Shown: piece by piece, positions 60,607-64,000 of the stretch | Position numbering within the stretch: the first letter of the stretch is position 1 | How the letters are laid out: every line of letters begins with the position of its first letter | Virus record (IMG/VR): IMGVR_UViG_3300047284_000378 | Direction: 5' to 3' (one strand) | DNA: 64,000 nucleotides | Origin: a virus | The notes under the pieces: model-generated | What the model was told of the DNA's origin: nothing | The model's input: the letters and a program-made list of their open reading frames with translations, nothing else | Databases searched by the model: none | Position numbers and translations under genes: made by a program

Positions 60607-60871
60607 CAGTTTCTTTGGTTTTCTTAGCCGCAGCCTTGACCTTGGTCTTGGTTTGTTCAACAACGATCTGTGCATCGGCTGCATCAACCTTGCCATCCTT
60701 GTTTACGTCTGCGTCTGCCTTGACACCTTCTACTGCGATTTGAACAGCGGCCTTGGCATCTTGCACATCAACCTTGCCGTCTTGATTAACATCAAAACTT
60801 TTGGTGTTGCGATTATAATACCAAATTCCACCTACTGCTAAAACGGCGATTGCTAAAAGAAGTAGTTCCAT
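60563..60871 (-). CDS. Membrane-anchored protein with two EF-hand/dockerin-like repeats
   Basis: DVNQDGKVDVQDA and DVNKDGKVDAADA; basic tail. Confidence 0.7.
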   Translation of the reverse strand: MELLLLAIAVLAVGGIWYYNRNTKSFDVNQDGKVDVQDAKAAVQIAVEGVKADADVNKDGKVDAADAQIVVEQTKTKVKAAAKKTKETVKKATTRGRKPKAE

Positions 60872-60891
60872 GGGTTTTTTCTCCTTGTAGG

Positions 60892-61422
60892 TTATTTATT
60901 AACTGCTGATAGAATAGCGATTTTATGTGCCCCTTCTGCGGGTGAAATCCTGAAATTCGTGATCTTGGGTTCTAGGTCGGCAGCGAACCAACCAGTTTTG
61001 TCCGAGTAAAAAGATTCTAAAGTCTCGGTCATTTGCTTTTTGACCGCACGGTGCTCCGGACTCTGATCCCAGGAATTTGAAAAGTACTTCTGCTCGACCT
61101 CACCGGTGTATTCTTGATTTAGTCTAATACAGATAAAATCTGCACGATCTTTGTATTCTTCGAATATCGTATGAATATGTTTGTTGATTTCCCAACCGCT
61201 CATTATTAGTACATCGTATTCATCTCGATAAAATTTGATGTAATCGTTGATATAGGCCATGGTTTTTTGCACAGTGGATTCGTAGAATAAACCCGCATCT
61301 TGGACTTTAACTCCAAGAAGTTGTTCGTGTATCCTGTATTTGGCATCAGAATATGCCTCGATCAATCGATCTACTACTAGATGTTTTGTTCCAGAATTAC
61401 CTATAGCAAAAATCACTTTCAT
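60892..61422 (-). CDS. P-loop-like protein (resembles 39302 ORF)
   Basis: MKVIFAIGNSG; C-terminal EGAHKIAILSAVN vs EGVTEIAVLGSLN. Confidence 0.5.
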   Translation of the reverse strand: MKVIFAIGNSGTKHLVVDRLIEAYSDAKYRIHEQLLGVKVQDAGLFYESTVQKTMAYINDYIKFYRDEYDVLIMSGWEINKHIHTIFEEYKDRADFICIRLNQEYTGEVEQKYFSNSWDQSPEHRAVKKQMTETLESFYSDKTGWFAADLEPKITNFRISPAEGAHKIAILSAVNK

Positions 61423-61477
61423 AAATTTGATCTCCTTAACAATAATTATTCCAGATAAAATTGCGATAAATATTTGT

Positions 61478-62035
61478 ATGCCCTTACATTTTATTAAATC
61501 TCTAACAGAAGCCGCGGACAAGCGAGAACTATATCAAGACAAGCTCAAATTTGCCAAAGACGAGCTAGAACCTGTGATGAGCGAAGCTACTATCAAGTAT
61601 CATTATGACGGACTCGCTGCCAAGTATTCTGAACGATATAACAAAGGAGAAGGTGATCCCGACTTTAACTACGGCGGCGCGATCTTACACAACCTGTTCT
61701 TTGCTAATCTTACCCCACCTAGAGCAGCTAATAAACCAGAGGGAATCAGTAAAACTCTAATAGAAGAAAAGTATGATAGTTTTGATAAGTTTAAAGAAGC
61801 TGTTGAAAAAGAGTTCATGGCCGCTCAAGGATCCAATTGGATCTATATGGATACCCTCGGCGCACTGCACACGATACATAATCACGAATATAAAAAGACC
61901 ATGAAGATTGCACTGTTGATAGATGCTTGGGAACACTCTTGGTTTACAGATTACGGCCCCGATAAGGCAAAATATCTATCTAACATCTGGCGAATTATTG
62001 ACTGGGATGTAGTTAATATTAGATTAGCAACTTGA
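61478..62035 (+). CDS. Fe/Mn superoxide dismutase-like protein (divergent)
   Basis: LEPVMSEATIKYHY, LHNLFF, DAWEH, IWRIIDW. Confidence 0.8.
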   Translation: MPLHFIKSLTEAADKRELYQDKLKFAKDELEPVMSEATIKYHYDGLAAKYSERYNKGEGDPDFNYGGAILHNLFFANLTPPRAANKPEGISKTLIEEKYDSFDKFKEAVEKEFMAAQGSNWIYMDTLGALHTIHNHEYKKTMKIALLIDAWEHSWFTDYGPDKAKYLSNIWRIIDWDVVNIRLAT

Positions 62036-62065
62036 GATAAATACTCGTGGGAACACACGAGTACT

Positions 62066-62698
62066 ATGAAAAATTACAGAAAATTATACGAGAAATATCA
62101 TAACTGTTGTCTATTACCCGGAATAGACATTCATCATATCGACGGAAATCACGATAATAATTCTATTGAAAATTTAAAAGCAGTTTCATTAGAAGAACAT
62201 TACAACATACATAAATCTCAAAATGAATTTTATGCTGCCTACTTAATAGGCAAAAGAATGAAAATAAAGCCTTCCGATTGGAAAATAATGGCTCGAATAA
62301 ACGGTTCTAAATCCGGTAAATCTAATTACGATAAAGGTATAGGATTAAAAGGTTGGGTTGATTCTTTAAGTGAAGAGGAATTTAAAAAACATTGTTCCGA
62401 GTCTGGGAAATTAGGAGGACTCAAATCTTTAGAAAATTCTTTAGGATTCCATTCTGCAGACAAAGAACAAAAGAAAGAATGGGCATCAAAAGCAGGAAAG
62501 GCATCGCCAGGTTTTAAATTAGGACACGCTTCCCAGGCTGGAAAGGTTGGTGGGAAGAAGGGCGGTAAATATGCTAAAGAGAATAGAACTGGGATATTTG
62601 CATTAAGTCCAGAACAAGATAGATTAAGGATACAAAATATGCAGACTACCTGGGCTATAAAATTAGGAAAGGCGTGTGCCTGGCCTAATTCATTATAA
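62066..62698 (+). CDS. Free-standing HNH homing endonuclease
   Basis: IHHIDGNHDNNSIENL---EEH; KGG-type C-terminal repeats; AT-rich. Confidence 0.8.
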   Translation: MKNYRKLYEKYHNCCLLPGIDIHHIDGNHDNNSIENLKAVSLEEHYNIHKSQNEFYAAYLIGKRMKIKPSDWKIMARINGSKSGKSNYDKGIGLKGWVDSLSEEEFKKHCSESGKLGGLKSLENSLGFHSADKEQKKEWASKAGKASPGFKLGHASQAGKVGGKKGGKYAKENRTGIFALSPEQDRLRIQNMQTTWAIKLGKACAWPNSL

Positions 62699-62708
62699 GG
62701 AGCGTAAC

Positions 62709-62825
62709 ATGTTAGATACATTATTTTGGGTAGCAGTAGGTGCATTCGTAGGTTGGAATTTTCCGCAGCCGTTTTGGGCTAAGATCATTCAGGAAAAAAT
62801 CCAAACTATGATCGCTAAAAAATAA
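62709..62825 (+). CDS. Small membrane peptide (38 aa)
   Basis: RBS AAGGAG; MLDTLFWVAVGAFVGWNFPQPFWAK. Confidence 0.6.
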   Translation: MLDTLFWVAVGAFVGWNFPQPFWAKIIQEKIQTMIAKK

Positions 62826-62837
62826 AGAGGAACAGGA

Positions 62838-63239
62838 ATGGCATATTCAGACAAAGTTATTGATCACTACGAGAACCCTCGCAATGTAGGTAGCTTTGCC
62901 AAGGACGATCCCGAGGTAGGCACCGGTATGGTTGGTGCTCCTGCCTGCGGGGATGTAATGAAGCTACAGATTAAAGTCAACGAAGAGGGCATTATCACAG
63001 ATGCGAAGTTTAAAACTTATGGCTGCGGTTCGGCGATCGCGTCGAGTTCACTGGCAACGGAATGGCTCAAAGGTAGGAACTTACAGCAGGCACAGGATAT
63101 CAAGAACTCAGATATCGCCACTGAGCTGGCTCTTCCTCCGGTTAAAATCCACTGTTCAATCCTTGCGGAAGATGCTATCAAAGCCGCAATAGCAGATTAT
63201 AAGGCCAAACATGATATCATTGACACCGCTAGCAGCTGA
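62838..63239 (+). CDS. iscU: Fe-S cluster scaffold IscU
   Basis: MAYSDKVIDHYENPRNVG, APACGDVM, YGCGSAIAS, LPPVKIHCS. Confidence 0.96.
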   Translation: MAYSDKVIDHYENPRNVGSFAKDDPEVGTGMVGAPACGDVMKLQIKVNEEGIITDAKFKTYGCGSAIASSSLATEWLKGRNLQQAQDIKNSDIATELALPPVKIHCSILAEDAIKAAIADYKAKHDIIDTASS

Positions 63240-63531
63240 AAAAGTTCGTGCGAATCTAGAGCGTAGAGGCAGCGGGCATGGTATTAAAGTCGGTATAAAG
63301 ACTACAGGATGCAGTGGCTTGGCCTATGTATTGGAATATGTTGACGATCCTTTAGATGAAGATATGAGCTTTGTCAGCCAAGGTATACACGTATTTGTAG
63401 ATCCTAGAGCTTTGCCTTACATCAACGGAATGACCATGGATTGGATCAAAAATGGTCTTAACGAAGGTTTTGATTTTATCAATCCCAACGAACGAGATCG
63501 TTGCGGTTGCGGGGAAAGTTTTAGAATTTAG
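63211..63531 (+). CDS. iscA: Fe-S cluster carrier IscA
   Basis: TTGCSGLAY, F-NPN---CGCGESF. Confidence 0.95.
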   Translation: MISLTPLAAEKVRANLERRGSGHGIKVGIKTTGCSGLAYVLEYVDDPLDEDMSFVSQGIHVFVDPRALPYINGMTMDWIKNGLNEGFDFINPNERDRCGCGESFRI

Positions 63532-63808
63532 AAACTGGTAGCTCTACGCTGGCCGGCATATCCCAAATCTTTTTACGCTCAACTCCTTTGCGCTGAGCGA
63601 ATCTTTTACTATCACAATCAGAGCAACAGTGAAAGTAATTGTTACTGAGTCGTTTGCTAGATACCTTTTTTAGTTCTCTTTCAAAATTCTTATCACAGTT
63701 ATCACATCTAAACACAGCTAGAGTTTTTTTCCTCGTATAGGTATGTTCAGTACCTAGCTTACTGATCCTAACATATTGACTTTCTTGTGATTTAGTTTTC
63801 AAGAACAT
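63521..63808 (-). CDS. Hypothetical Zn-ribbon protein
   Basis: CDNC and CSDC pairs. Confidence 0.65.
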   Translation of the reverse strand: MFLKTKSQESQYVRISKLGTEHTYTRKKTLAVFRCDNCDKNFERELKKVSSKRLSNNYFHCCSDCDSKRFAQRKGVERKKIWDMPASVELPVSKF

Positions 63809-63879
63809 AAGTTATTTACATTAGGCTTATAAAATTTTTAGATAAATATCATAGAAATCCAATTTAATCAGGATGCACT

Positions 63880-64000
63880 ATGGCACGTAAAATAATTGAT
63901 ATAGGTACAGTTGGTAATGACGGTACCGGTGATAGTATACGCGATTCGTTTAGAAAAGTAAACGACAACTTCCGTGAGCTTTATAGCTCTCTGGGCTTAG
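63880..64000 (+). CDS. Baseplate/tail structural protein (T4 gp9/gp10-like N-terminus), partial
   Basis: MARKIIDIGTVGNDGTGDSIRDSFRKVNDNF-ELY; ATAAATA upstream. Confidence 0.8.
   Translation, partial: MARKIIDIGTVGNDGTGDSIRDSFRKVNDNFRELYSSLGL

Noticed and set aside
63211-63239. IscU C-terminal extension overlapping iscA as a recoding signal
   Set aside because: Simple 29-nt overlap with no slippery sequence; both genes are complete.
1-64000. CRISPR array
   Set aside because: No run of identical direct repeats with unique spacers. The E1/E2 shared termini occur only twice and are inverted-repeat stems.

Overview
This window is part of a large, AT-rich, T4-like (jumbo) bacteriophage genome. 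The host is probably a Proteobacterium, judged from the IscU/IscA, RpoZ and TctA/TctC types and from near-consensus sigma70 early promoters plus a T4-late-like (A)TAAATA motif. From left to right it holds: a PcyA-like bilin reductase; a curli-like operon (CsgF, CsgG-SH3, two curlin-repeat proteins, FecR) with a CHASE2 adenylate cyclase and a PBP7-like peptidase; a tandem array of about 10 small paralogues ending in F-x-L-[KR]-W; ClpP; and two diiron ferritin-like proteins with a GATase and a sulfotransferase-like gene. Next comes a ~10 kb RNA island with 37 tRNAs covering all 20 amino acids (a 38th lies at 50.9 kb; several are structurally aberrant). The island also contains a 900-nt GOLLD-like RNA and several unassigned structured RNAs, and a leader-peptide attenuator precedes it. 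Then follow translation and transcription genes (RpoZ, IF-1, an RF1-like gene interrupted by an in-frame UGA), a tail-fibre gene, and a 13-kb enzyme and transporter cluster (methyltransferases, sulfotransferase-fold paralogues, amidohydrolase, oxygenase, AMP-ligase, TctA/TctC). The right end has ThyX, QueD with a preQ1-like pseudoknot, UvsE, SOD, HNH, IscU/IscA and the start of a baseplate gene. All calls come from reading motifs and base pairing by eye; no searches or folding programs were run.
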